A stretch of DNA of 62,046 nt from a virus (taxonomy: Duplodnaviria; Caudoviricetes), in the IMG/VR virus record IMGVR_UViG_3300032295_001918, positions 1-62,046 of that record, one strand, 5' to 3'. The notes beneath the pieces were generated by a model. It made no database searches, had not been told where the DNA came from, and saw only the letters and a list, made by a program, of their open reading frames with translations. Positions 50,201 through 57,510 of this stretch are shown here, piece after piece (within the stretch, counting starts at the first letter, position 1; each line of letters opens with the position of its first letter). The position numbers were made by a program, and so were the translations under genes.

Positions 50201-50646
50201 AATTAAATTTAACGCCAGATGTTGAGGGAACTAAAACTACTAGAGAGTCTTGGGCTGACTATTATATTGTTCAACAACCAGATAATAGTGATTATAAATA
50301 TTGGCCTAAACCCATAAGTGCTGGAATGAAAGCTCCAACACTTTTAGCAGATTCAGTTAAACAGCCACTATGGAAAGCTTGGTTTACACCACTAAAAGAT
50401 GCTAAACAAACTTATGAGATTGCTCATATACAGGCCACCAACGCATATGGAATTATACCTAGATTAAGACCCAACAATGATCCTATAGATGTTTGGCAAC
50501 GCCGTAAAGATAGAGATGCATCACTTGGTGTAAAAAGTAGATCTTATAATTCAAAATGGAGTGGTCGTCCATCCAATAAAAACGATAAAGGTTATAATTC
50601 CGATGGTTTAGATGATTACACTTACATATTGAATCCAAACGAATAA
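41236..50646 (+). CDS. Giant multidomain baseplate/tail-tube-initiator protein with internal repeats and an OmpA-like domain
   Basis: 3136 aa; 17 GFH repeats; FRAYL...YIGRADPVYSY...ISFGF...APICRLNIGN tube-initiator-like domain; P/T linker; OmpA C-like domain; ATATTTATA at 41208-41216. Confidence 0.7.
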   Translation: MSLLDLKSDLSKYRWKGPTAPVDPNSRTPRAVQYGDNFASFQPISNTFINRGDLPKINSPKEVDLIGKLDTTRLDDIQNTLTDSDVTKKLDTTRLDDIQKPRTENILVNSVSQLSPQSKDYNKSTFGKTSVTDVVSQLSRIETNVSQTNITESNVDIIKRDNQTGNIRIPDVNIERKPQELPKAGQAPFIIKDPSEAINNIKVPLIPITIPRQTKDRETESPNIDNNPETFRLSVNNDANTILNSTKLDINGAPIKYNSASRIARIFGLSDLNLDGSIQTNPSGRHETDSNSNLSNKFGQQLNQFPDDNASGFTNNAEPLRTEYRTSSSTLGYDAIVEANYFDITNKYTRDGFHAFAQPGETTKYKTDASDFDWEGLRRNAPSVNYLDINNKNTTEGFHTFALTRERTRYKVDSSDFDWDGLSVNAPSVNYFDRNNRNTIQGFHTFAFEREDTKYKTDSSRFDWDGLRIAAPTVNYFDFTNQSTVRGFHKFAFTKEPTSYATTPVLAGLSAYSNAVTLRANASQFDWNGIRGNAPSVNYFDTNTIQTWRGFHTFAFEREPTSYATTANGQVIFPGSRPVTLTFGATRFDWNGVRRNAPSVNYFDVNTIQTWRGFHTFAFTKEPTSYATTANGRLVLQGGPPVILTFGSTQFDWNGFRAAAPAVNFFDLVAQRTWRGFHTFAFELEPTSYQTTANNQLVLQGGPPVTLTPGPLGATRFDWDGLRAAAPAVNFFDLSAPFSTWRGFHTFTLSGPFEPTSYVTTANGQLISSFGPPVILLPGPTGPSRLDWDGFRVNAPAVNFFDLTAPFSTWRGFHTFALSGPFEPTAYRTTAIGQLVLAGGPPVALIGGPLGPTQLDWDGFRAAAPAVNFFDLLAPFSTWRGFHTFAIEREPTSYQTTANNQIVTRFGPAVTLTTGPLGATRFDWDGTLVNAPAVNYMDFGNQWTFRGFHTFAVEREATSYQTQAIGNVLILNTRTTSLTSGPWTGPRANVAFQVVNYFDLSGPFRTRNNGRRGFHAFAQPLEPTAFRTIAATPSSRTLPVFFGPGIDLHWSGARNAAPAVNWLDQNNIRTTRGFHTFAVEREPTSYQTQLVGSALILRPTATRFDWDGPRSFATRRTVDFFPNTSTRRGFHAFSREKEQTSYNTIQTGLVEILDRFASFFDWDGFRTAAPTVNYFDLSAPFRTRNNGTRGFHTFASTGEPTAFVTQGTSTGARTLPVFFGSGLDLHWSGTRNTAPAVNFFPNWPIAGGSTTRGFHTFAVEREPTSYATIQVGNVSALRAGVSRFDWTGLRSGAPTVNYFDPNNISTTRGFHAFADLGGRNTAYNVAAGFNPTLGTTVNFLNAGATQFDWDGFDPYSIQTTRFFGFNQTTRFGFMVNMSQFDGTAYPIITPRFNPNLLRIPGFPQRLQRFALSTIRQIAQPLQTRDLEQFAPLTFSGKTISGFRSTLDIQIPAVTIQKLNLNIATNRVRINPAAPNFTKRYTTGGGVDVRPSVVDGNMESWSNGNNRLIDNQHSKYSLSLEAYNDDIFIGQPFVDGSLKGPDFLKISKFDDGLVRGGVIANTVRTVLDTKRIGKFLLSGRGILWNIKQAGLQAMNPNVDIATRRNPIETLLTLGRVPTQVYNPLSVPANITGRSVLGLRFTRHGILMDGVAGRYESVSIERALNLDDYNYFDDLDVNPKNNYNRLIGLVKELLPNSYDTIRENRIPQKDTDLEINRISSGFGGPNSLLGFFGTTINRAKHPFKIVNTTGYFPDKISIGLGFDREVFFSAKYDRGTNQPNTYRSMLFSEMEEFQGDMYGLILSAASISKPQSFVPTWSENSKNLFDDKNIKFQLITQDRIKGSQVFEFKKPTVTERFTAMNSGWIPFREYNESIAEEVFFRGPEFEQTYFDRLFNSETGEYTKYGGEVFGIILGSTLGQSGSFSPYLEFGPHLVKPEDFKIPLNKYDKRRILELKTFDFKEAPVKERARSVNSTNIMPRKDLIGLAADSMFFKGSILNQDTSITIDNYGDFLILERGRLSNAFGLLLASTVNDKLLGVRPYWQDVTSKYADFNNIRINSKTKILLQKIQPFKFLFPFETDRYRAINSETAKDASSIQNAQSLLDLIKYGEYKDQRDGKITYAQKLKNDYSQNDSTFKGLVLAASKLGIRAAQVKAVSTVESSDLTQLETSNGQIFGVTNGMGMQSTSYVKIGGPRFPNEVSGQQHLSPDGIETDLDDEFIGTDTKNRIKKLSPFEFKYPSDWERLEAMTADKINREANPKMALGPNIDRSNNLYSQELDTSDDFTTLDYPQLGLGHQPKDTDPSDFRTLLNIEKYSRFSHSPDTIDYDKLHIENLGQYSAGFGNPGKRGFIKAFPFISNIKYTSGLAKNVKDSYKPEDKSRSKADTYRLANRRYGAYPTIKDEVITLNDKSNNLPLDRNFWNGFHGDRINIIDWKRQEYDLNLNTVYEHDRFNDSKDHLLSAQDSIQFYFSGVDLQGTAYRPTEALVFRAYLDTIVDNHKPTWTPIKYIGRADPVYSYDGYEREISFGFTIHIGSRDELKATWRKLNMLASWTSPDYIDPGFMKAPICRLNIGNLYRKFPGFISTLNYTFDNTQTTWETAKLAADLDLTDTQKVTTPDGTQISVGELSRPGALELPKTIIVQCTFVTFNIYRPQWDCVFYSLFDDRNPSGFESGLLPMSGDVVNYFRTHDDLPMNHPMNALLCGVVPPPPEVTKESQPPIDEPPTDAPPTTPPPTTPPPTGTPPPTTPPPTGTPPPTTPPPTVTPPPTPTVPTTTPIIIPPCVCRIDFCFDEDREITPPSRTAIRTYVEWLKRCPDLKVKVTGYCSKERNNPQYNIYLSWGRATTVANLLIEEFGIDPNRLVIDGQGFGDEKTAIDKRGKGRNATWPSQENRRVEITPLSGESIGCEPPKKCPPKQCPVTATCWRKDGTKFWRVGPHYFTGTALVEENGKNVGESYTGWPRGYEPNFDKTSYKFSIPTNLDQKTTFNAYTKLNLTPDVEGTKTTRESWADYYIVQQPDNSDYKYWPKPISAGMKAPTLLADSVKQPLWKAWFTPLKDAKQTYEIAHIQATNAYGIIPRLRPNNDPIDVWQRRKDRDASLGVKSRSYNSKWSGRPSNKNDKGYNSDGLDDYTYILNPNE
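42250..45300 (+). repeat. 17 coding repeats of about 40-62 aa: VN(Y/F)FD...RGFHTFA..EPTSY...FDWDG.R..AP
   Basis: Counted from GFH occurrences in the translation. Confidence 0.9.
49370..49560 (+). repeat. Pro/Thr low-complexity linker (PPPTTPPPTGT repeats)
   Basis: CCA/ACA-rich tandem units, including a 33-bp duplication. Confidence 0.9.
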
Positions 50647-50686
50647 TTTTAAAATATTACATATTTAATAATATAAGGAAATAGAT

Positions 50687-51016
50687 ATGAGACGCTATCA
50701 AGATGCTATGATAATGACGGGTGCTAAAAAGATAGATTCCACAGGAAAAGAAGGTACTGTTAGACGATTAACAACCGTAATGTATCCAGATTTTTTTACA
50801 GGAAATGATACCCGTATAATATCACAAGACGGTGATAGATTAGACATATTAGCAAAAGAGTTTTATGGTGACGAAAGGTTATGGTTTGTAATTGCAAGAG
50901 CGAATGATTTAGGAAAGGGATCTATGAATATACCTCCTGGAAAATTATTATACATACCGTATGAAACCTTAGTCGGTGTAAGTGAACGATTGACAGAGTT
51001 CAATAGGAGTAGATAA
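50687..51016 (+). CDS. LysM-like baseplate wedge protein (gp53/P2 gpX-like)
   Basis: GDRLDILAKEFYGDERLWFVIARANDL...IPPG..LYIP. Confidence 0.85.
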   Translation: MRRYQDAMIMTGAKKIDSTGKEGTVRRLTTVMYPDFFTGNDTRIISQDGDRLDILAKEFYGDERLWFVIARANDLGKGSMNIPPGKLLYIPYETLVGVSERLTEFNRSR

Positions 51017-51018
51017 TA

Positions 51019-54000
51019 ATGCCGTATTACGATACGTTAGGACGTTACATAAATCCGTTTTATTTGGATGTACACCCCGATGTTAGGGCTGAGTTGGAAA
51101 TGCGAGCAGCTTTTATTGCTTCAGATTTCCGAAGTGCAAACACAAAAAGTATAGAATGGCCATATCAAAAAATGCCTTGGGCTCATGTTGTTTCCGTAGA
51201 TTTTCCGAATGTAAGATTGGGATTTTCGAAAGAACAATTGGATGGGAGAAATTCGGATGAACAAGGTGATTTAATTTTATACACAAAGGATAGGAATGTA
51301 CCAAAAATACCGTTATTGACCGGTGTAGAAATATCTAATATGGGACAACGTGGTTCTTTGTTAAAAGGTAAATTTAGTTTTACATACTTTCCAGATTTAA
51401 CAATAGATGGATTTGAGTTGGAAGAATTACAAGGGGCATTATTCACACCAGGACGTGAAGTTCAATTGTCATTCGGTTGGAGTGTTTATGCTGAAAATCC
51501 TTGGGTTAATAAATTAGAATTTAAAGGAATAATATATGGGTTTAATTGGACAGTTCAACCAAATCTATCTATAGCAGCTGATGTAGAAATAGTATCGGCA
51601 ACAACAATAGCTTTGGGATTATCAGGAGACCAAAGTGTTTTACCATCCGATCAGAGTGATATTGTCATGGTTGACGGTTGGAATTCTGAGTTAAAAGGTT
51701 TAAATCTACTAACGGTTATAAATAAAGATTTGTCCATACAAACCGCTTCACTTGAAAGTGGTCAAATAGCTTATTATCCCAAAGAGCAAACAACAGAAAA
51801 ACTCTTAGATTACTATGGAATTGGTATGTTAACCTCGGAATTTGAGGAAGTACAAAATATAGTAATTAATAATTATGACTATGATGCTGGTAATTGGGAA
51901 GGTGGTGGCACACCATATGGGGAAGCTGAACAACAAGGTGAGACTGAAGAAGAACTTGTAGAAAAAATTAAAAAAGAAGGACAGCAGTTTTTCGATAATA
52001 TTTGGAATCAGAGTGGTGGTAGAGAATTTTCAGATCCAAATAGTAGATGGAATAGTGGTGGGTGGAGAGATAAATGGGAAATTATAAAAGAATTCTATAA
52101 TAATCCGTATGTGAAAGCCGGGGTGATAACACCATACATTAGTGGTGGCTCAGTATTAGAAGCTCTTTTAAATGATGTGAATACGTGGCGAGACGATATA
52201 GATGTTGATTTAGGTGAAATAGAATATCTTGATGCTAATACGGGATTATCTAAAACACTTGACTTTGGGATATTAGCTAATAATGAGCAATTAGTTGTTT
52301 TTCAAGACTTCGATCCAAATGATAGATGGGGACAGGATCCTTATTCGTTTTTTATTGATATAGAAAATAATACTAAAAAATTGGTAAACCCAATAGATTT
52401 AGACAATGATGGTGAATCAGATAGGTGGGAATTAAAAGATCCAAGACCTAATGTACCAAATAGAGATAGAATTAGGATTACATGGAAACCTAATAGATCT
52501 GTAGTTTCTGGTGGTGCAAATAACAATAATGTCGGTGAATATAAGGCAACACTTAAAGTTGTATTAGTTGAATACCAACCAACAACTGTATCAACATCGG
52601 AATATTCTGTACCCTTAAAGGATCCAAAAACAGGTAAGATGATACAGCCAGGTGGAAGATTTACTGGTCAATATGAAAATAAAGCAAAAACTAAATTAGT
52701 TAGGTATATTAATGTACGAGCTAAGGCAAAGCAAAAAAGAAGTGGTGTAGATGGTGAAAGAAACGTAATAGATATGAATGTAGATCCATTTTTTAATGCA
52801 CAACAACGTGTTGATTTTGGAGATACAAGACTTGATATATTGGGAGCTGATGGTAATTATTCGCCAGTTACATTTAACAATGAAAATGGAATAAACGCTT
52901 ATACATATAAAGTCGGTGAAACATATAGGCTAAGAATGAATAGATGGTTCGGTTTTTCAGCGAATGACGGGCTATACAACGGATATGATAATGCGAAAAT
53001 TTTTGGTGGAAACGATGAATTTGAAAAGCCTAAATTGCTTACAACAGATAGCATTTTAGGCAAAGACAGACAAAAAGGTGCTTACATAGAAACTGTATTT
53101 AAACCAAAAAGTGAGGGTGTAAAAACGTACTACCTACAGGTTGATAATAAAAGATTTAAAACTGGCACTTCAACATTAGTGGACATAGTTCCAGCACAAA
53201 TTCAAATTAAGGTAGGTGTTGGTAGTAACGTTAGACCTTCAAGAGAAGATTCGGTAAGTAAAGAGCAAAAAGATAATGGGAATGTATATGATGAGGCTAA
53301 AAAACAATATGATGATACTTTAAATGAAGCAGGTAAAGATGCACAAGATAACCAACCAGAAACAGAAAATCCAACCGATACTGCTTCAACTGAAGAACCA
53401 ATAACGGCTACAAATGAATCTGAAGTTAAAGCTAACTCAGTTCCAAAAACATTTTGGTATGTTAGATTGGGATCTTTAGTAGAATTTGCAAATAAATTAA
53501 TAGAAAGATACGAAAACGATACTAATAATAAGTTCTCCACTAACTTATTTAGAATACAAGCTTTTAATAATGAGGCAGAATATAATAAATATGTTAGGTC
53601 TGCTTATCCAATAGATGTATTTTTTCCAGACATAATAATGGGACAATATGGGGAGTTTTGTCCATTTAATAAAGAAGGTTCATGGAGAGAAGATGGTACT
53701 GGAGGAAATCAGGTACTTAGATTATTTCAATCCGCTCCTGATAAAAATGGTAAACGAACACCTATAATAAAAGATAATGTGATTAATATAGGTCAAATAT
53801 TGGTTGGAGTTGATTTTGTTAAACGTACATATGACTCTTTCTTAGCAACAGGTGGTCAAAACATATCTCTAAAAAATATAACTAAATTTTTTGATGAAAT
53901 CGTAAAAATGATAAGTACTTCTACTGGAGAAATATATCAGTTCACAACTATATTATTCGAGGAGCCAGAAAAACTTGTACCCAGATCCGAATATAACCAA

Positions 54001-54771
54001 GCCTTAGAAAACGTAAAACTCAGGGGTGGATCGAGGATAGAGATGGCTGATATATTTAGTTATGATATATCTAATAAAAGGCCAAGAGCTATTGTTTCAA
54101 TCGAGGATACTAATCTATCAGCTGATGTTATAAAAGAGGGATCAGTAGAGCCATTCAAATTTGATGCGACTATGGTAAGACCTATGCTAAAAAATGTTCA
54201 GGTAGTATCAAAACCATCAAAAGAAATGGCAGCTGCTGCTTATATTGCTGCTAGAGGTCAAGGTGCTATTGATAGAGGAGGTTCGGGCCAAGGAATACAG
54301 AATTTAGAAGTAACTTTAAATTTGAAAGGATTTCAAAATGTTGAAACTTATAAAGCAGAAGTAAAGAAAATAACAGATGAACTTTATAATGATTTAAATG
54401 TATTAGGCAAGGCTGGATGGACAGAGGCTTGGTCTGAATTAATTAGAGGTACGTTAATTAAACTTAAACGTTTGACAATAGAACCACAAGATCCGGTAAC
54501 AGGATTGGGTACTTCGTGGCTTAATAGAGCGATATATCCAATAGAGTTTAGTGTAACATTAGACGGCATAAATGGATTTAAGTTTGGTGATGTAATAAAA
54601 ACGTCTTTAATACCAAAACATTATAATGTAGATTGGGATATTGTATTTACTGTAATAAAAGTGGTACATAAAGTAACAACATCTACTTGGGAAACGACCC
54701 TTTACACAGCTGCAAGATTGAACGCAGATGGAAAATACGCTTCAGAAGTAAGAACTGCATACGTTAGGTGA
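51019..54771 (+). CDS. Putative baseplate hub protein with a large central insertion
   Basis: N-terminal FTPGREVQLSFGWS...GIIYGFNW and C-terminal YPIEFSVTLDGINGFKFGD...FTVIKVVHKV...WETT; follows the LysM-like gene. Confidence 0.6.
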   Translation: MPYYDTLGRYINPFYLDVHPDVRAELEMRAAFIASDFRSANTKSIEWPYQKMPWAHVVSVDFPNVRLGFSKEQLDGRNSDEQGDLILYTKDRNVPKIPLLTGVEISNMGQRGSLLKGKFSFTYFPDLTIDGFELEELQGALFTPGREVQLSFGWSVYAENPWVNKLEFKGIIYGFNWTVQPNLSIAADVEIVSATTIALGLSGDQSVLPSDQSDIVMVDGWNSELKGLNLLTVINKDLSIQTASLESGQIAYYPKEQTTEKLLDYYGIGMLTSEFEEVQNIVINNYDYDAGNWEGGGTPYGEAEQQGETEEELVEKIKKEGQQFFDNIWNQSGGREFSDPNSRWNSGGWRDKWEIIKEFYNNPYVKAGVITPYISGGSVLEALLNDVNTWRDDIDVDLGEIEYLDANTGLSKTLDFGILANNEQLVVFQDFDPNDRWGQDPYSFFIDIENNTKKLVNPIDLDNDGESDRWELKDPRPNVPNRDRIRITWKPNRSVVSGGANNNNVGEYKATLKVVLVEYQPTTVSTSEYSVPLKDPKTGKMIQPGGRFTGQYENKAKTKLVRYINVRAKAKQKRSGVDGERNVIDMNVDPFFNAQQRVDFGDTRLDILGADGNYSPVTFNNENGINAYTYKVGETYRLRMNRWFGFSANDGLYNGYDNAKIFGGNDEFEKPKLLTTDSILGKDRQKGAYIETVFKPKSEGVKTYYLQVDNKRFKTGTSTLVDIVPAQIQIKVGVGSNVRPSREDSVSKEQKDNGNVYDEAKKQYDDTLNEAGKDAQDNQPETENPTDTASTEEPITATNESEVKANSVPKTFWYVRLGSLVEFANKLIERYENDTNNKFSTNLFRIQAFNNEAEYNKYVRSAYPIDVFFPDIIMGQYGEFCPFNKEGSWREDGTGGNQVLRLFQSAPDKNGKRTPIIKDNVINIGQILVGVDFVKRTYDSFLATGGQNISLKNITKFFDEIVKMISTSTGEIYQFTTILFEEPEKLVPRSEYNQALENVKLRGGSRIEMADIFSYDISNKRPRAIVSIEDTNLSADVIKEGSVEPFKFDATMVRPMLKNVQVVSKPSKEMAAAAYIAARGQGAIDRGGSGQGIQNLEVTLNLKGFQNVETYKAEVKKITDELYNDLNVLGKAGWTEAWSELIRGTLIKLKRLTIEPQDPVTGLGTSWLNRAIYPIEFSVTLDGINGFKFGDVIKTSLIPKHYNVDWDIVFTVIKVVHKVTTSTWETTLYTAARLNADGKYASEVRTAYVR

Positions 54772-54781
54772 GGAATATATT

Positions 54782-55444
54782 ATGACTGGAAGAAAAAGAG
54801 CATATTACTCGGAAAATCAAATACAGAAAAATCTGTTTACCAATGGCAAAGAATGGATGACGTTGGACGATTGGAAAGAATATTCGGGTCCATATCATAA
54901 ATATTCTACTGGAGAAGTGTTTACCGAAATAGATTGGATTCCAAATGTATCTAAAAAATTGGTAGCATACAGAAGACGTTCCGATATGTATTTTAAGTAT
55001 GTTGATTTAACTGAATATAACAATCAAAAAGGTAATAAGCAACGAGTTATTGGTTCGTTAGAAACATATATGGGTAATTTAAGAAGTCCCGTCTATACTA
55101 AATTGCCACCAAACGATTCAGATTTTACAAATGGTTATATGAAAAGATTTTTTGCTTATAAGAGAAATGAGCAAAACAAAATATTTTTTGAAATAGACGC
55201 AGCTCAGGCAAAATCATATGCGGATACAAATTCGGGAACCAATCATATGTTATATGGTTTATTGGAAATAAAATGGAAATTAACAGGCCCAGAATTTGAT
55301 GAATATTATAATGGAATATTAATTAAGTCAGGTGTTGTGGATACAAATTCTAGAATTATTGAGGAAAATTCAAAAAAATTTCGTATATTTGAGTCAATCG
55401 TAAATAATCCACGTGAATATACAGTATACGATGAGAATTTTTAA
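54782..55444 (+). CDS. Hypothetical baseplate-region protein
   Basis: LFTNGKEW...YSGPYH...DFTNGYMKRFF...IKWKLTG; GAGG RBS. Confidence 0.6.
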   Translation: MTGRKRAYYSENQIQKNLFTNGKEWMTLDDWKEYSGPYHKYSTGEVFTEIDWIPNVSKKLVAYRRRSDMYFKYVDLTEYNNQKGNKQRVIGSLETYMGNLRSPVYTKLPPNDSDFTNGYMKRFFAYKRNEQNKIFFEIDAAQAKSYADTNSGTNHMLYGLLEIKWKLTGPEFDEYYNGILIKSGVVDTNSRIIEENSKKFRIFESIVNNPREYTVYDENF

Positions 55445-55464
55445 TAATAGTTCTATAAATTGTT

Positions 55465-56676
55465 ATGCTTAATGAACGTCCTTGTATTTGTGTTCCATTG
55501 GTTTCAAATGGAAATAAACATCATTCAGAAGTTGTTATTGTAGGTCTATACCTATTATTCGATAATGGGGATGAAAACTATATTAATTTCACCCATCCAG
55601 ATCAACTAATCGATGATGTAAAATTGTTAGACATACAACTTCATCCAAAATCACTTGTATTCAATAAAAAGGCATTAATCTCAAATGGATTTAATTTTGG
55701 AATAGACCTAAATTCATATCTACATTATAATGCCCTCGACTACATCAGTTTACACGAGTTTTATACAAAGAGCATGGAACTCTTATCAAATAAGTTTCAA
55801 CATCAAAGTGATTTGGGACACATAATCCCATTAGCAAATCAATTAGATTGGGCAAAAAATATTTCAAAGTATGTAATTGCGTTGCAACCTTTTGATAGTA
55901 TTACTCAAAAGTGCATTGACTATTGTAATGACTTTATACAAGTATTCTATACAATAGAAAAGAATGACATAGTTTTTGGTGATGAGATAAAAAAACAAAA
56001 TTATATGTGGTATACCACAACGAGTAGACCTAGTAATTCTTTTAACGGATTTAATTTTTCCGCTATGAATAAAAAAGATGGTACTCGTAATAAAATACGT
56101 TCAAGGTTTAACGGTGGTAAAATAGTTCAATTCGACTATGATGCTTTTCACATTAAATTATTAGCAAAAATATTGGATTATAAATTTGAGTATCACCCGT
56201 ATGAACAAATAAGAGATGATTTAGGAATTAGTATGGATTATGATCAATTCAAATCTAAAGTATTCCAAAACATCTATGGAACGATAACCACAGAATTTAT
56301 GTCACATCCATTCTTTGAAACAGTTCAAGCGATGATTGATACTATGTATGAACAATATGAAACAGATGGTATGGTTAAATCTTGGTTTTATGAAAAAACC
56401 TTTCGTGATATTCAAGATGCAACGCCAAATAAAGTATTCAATTATGTTCTACAATCATTAGAAACGGAATATAATGTGCGTAAAATAAAAACTATTTTAC
56501 CACACTTAATTGATAAAAAGTCTGTATTTATGATGTATTTATATGACGCTTTTGTATTTGATGTTCACCCAAATGAAATGGAATTGGTTAATATTCTACA
56601 ATCAGCATTTGAAACCGATGAAATGTCAATAAAAATTTACGTTGGAGACACTTTTGGTGATATTAAACAAATTTAA
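55465..56676 (+). CDS. Short, divergent family A DNA polymerase-like protein
   Basis: TTTSRPS, motif A QFDYDAFHIKLLA, motif B KSKVFQNIYG, NYVLQSLET and motif C YLYDAFVFD. Confidence 0.7.
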   Translation: MLNERPCICVPLVSNGNKHHSEVVIVGLYLLFDNGDENYINFTHPDQLIDDVKLLDIQLHPKSLVFNKKALISNGFNFGIDLNSYLHYNALDYISLHEFYTKSMELLSNKFQHQSDLGHIIPLANQLDWAKNISKYVIALQPFDSITQKCIDYCNDFIQVFYTIEKNDIVFGDEIKKQNYMWYTTTSRPSNSFNGFNFSAMNKKDGTRNKIRSRFNGGKIVQFDYDAFHIKLLAKILDYKFEYHPYEQIRDDLGISMDYDQFKSKVFQNIYGTITTEFMSHPFFETVQAMIDTMYEQYETDGMVKSWFYEKTFRDIQDATPNKVFNYVLQSLETEYNVRKIKTILPHLIDKKSVFMMYLYDAFVFDVHPNEMELVNILQSAFETDEMSIKIYVGDTFGDIKQI

Positions 56677-56735
56677 TCCTATATTTATATGTAATTGTTA
56701 TAATAAAACATTTAGCTAAAAATGAGAGAGAGGTA

Positions 56736-57125
56736 TTGAAGACACAATTGGTATGTACATTCAGTAAAAAATACTTGATAGATGACACAATAAGTAGAAT
56801 ACGAAATGAATTTCCACTATTTAATAATAAAATATTTCTATTTAAGCCAATAGAGATAAAGGAAGATTATATGCTTTCTTATAATGTAATAATGGATTCA
56901 TATAAAAAATTCTTACCAAATTCTATCATGGTCCATCAAAAAAGAGAAACTAATACAATTTATACAATAAATGCCCTAAATGAATTGATAATGAATTTAA
57001 ACAATGGATTGTTGGATAAATCATATGAGATAGAATGGGAGCGTTATAAGAACTGTGCATTGTTGAAGAACAAGGATGGGTTTAGAGTTGTTAAAATACT
57101 GTTAGTTAAGGTGTATTCTTTTTGA
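56736..57125 (+). CDS. Hypothetical protein
   Basis: TTG start after GAGAGG; QLVCTF...VHQKRETNTIYTINALN; ATATTTATA at 56681-56689. Confidence 0.65.
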   Translation: MKTQLVCTFSKKYLIDDTISRIRNEFPLFNNKIFLFKPIEIKEDYMLSYNVIMDSYKKFLPNSIMVHQKRETNTIYTINALNELIMNLNNGLLDKSYEIEWERYKNCALLKNKDGFRVVKILLVKVYSF

Positions 57126-57164
57126 ATTTTATATTTATAACATATAATAATATTGGTAATTAGT

Positions 57165-57497
57165 ATGAAAAATAAAAATAACGAATATCAAAAATTAGTT
57201 GAAGATATAACAAATCGTGTTATGAAACGTCTAACCGAAAAGTTAGAAGTGGTAGAAGGATCTGGATTTGAAAATATATTCGACGATTTACAAAAAGAAC
57301 TACAAAATATAGAGATGTTACCCGATAACAGAATTGATGCTACTAAGTACGATGAGAAGGCTATAATAGCATCTTTAAAAAAGATGGGATATGACTATAA
57401 AAAGGCAATTGGCAATAAACTGCACTTTTTCAACAAAGATACCAGTGTTAGTTTATACTTGTTGCAAGGAAAGAAAATAATAAGTTTAATACCATAA
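57165..57497 (+). CDS. Hypothetical protein
   Basis: ORF 57153..57497 with a likely ATG at 57165; ATATTTATA at 57131-57139. Confidence 0.55.
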   Translation: MKNKNNEYQKLVEDITNRVMKRLTEKLEVVEGSGFENIFDDLQKELQNIEMLPDNRIDATKYDEKAIIASLKKMGYDYKKAIGNKLHFFNKDTSVSLYLLQGKKIISLIP

Positions 57498-57510
57498 CTA
57501 GGAAAATGAA

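Noticed and set aside
9767-57139. TATAAATA on the minus strand as T4-type late promoters driving antisense transcription
   Set aside because: No credible minus-strand genes exist, and the motif is consistently placed just upstream of + strand starts, so the + orientation is more parsimonious. TSS data would be needed to exclude it fully.
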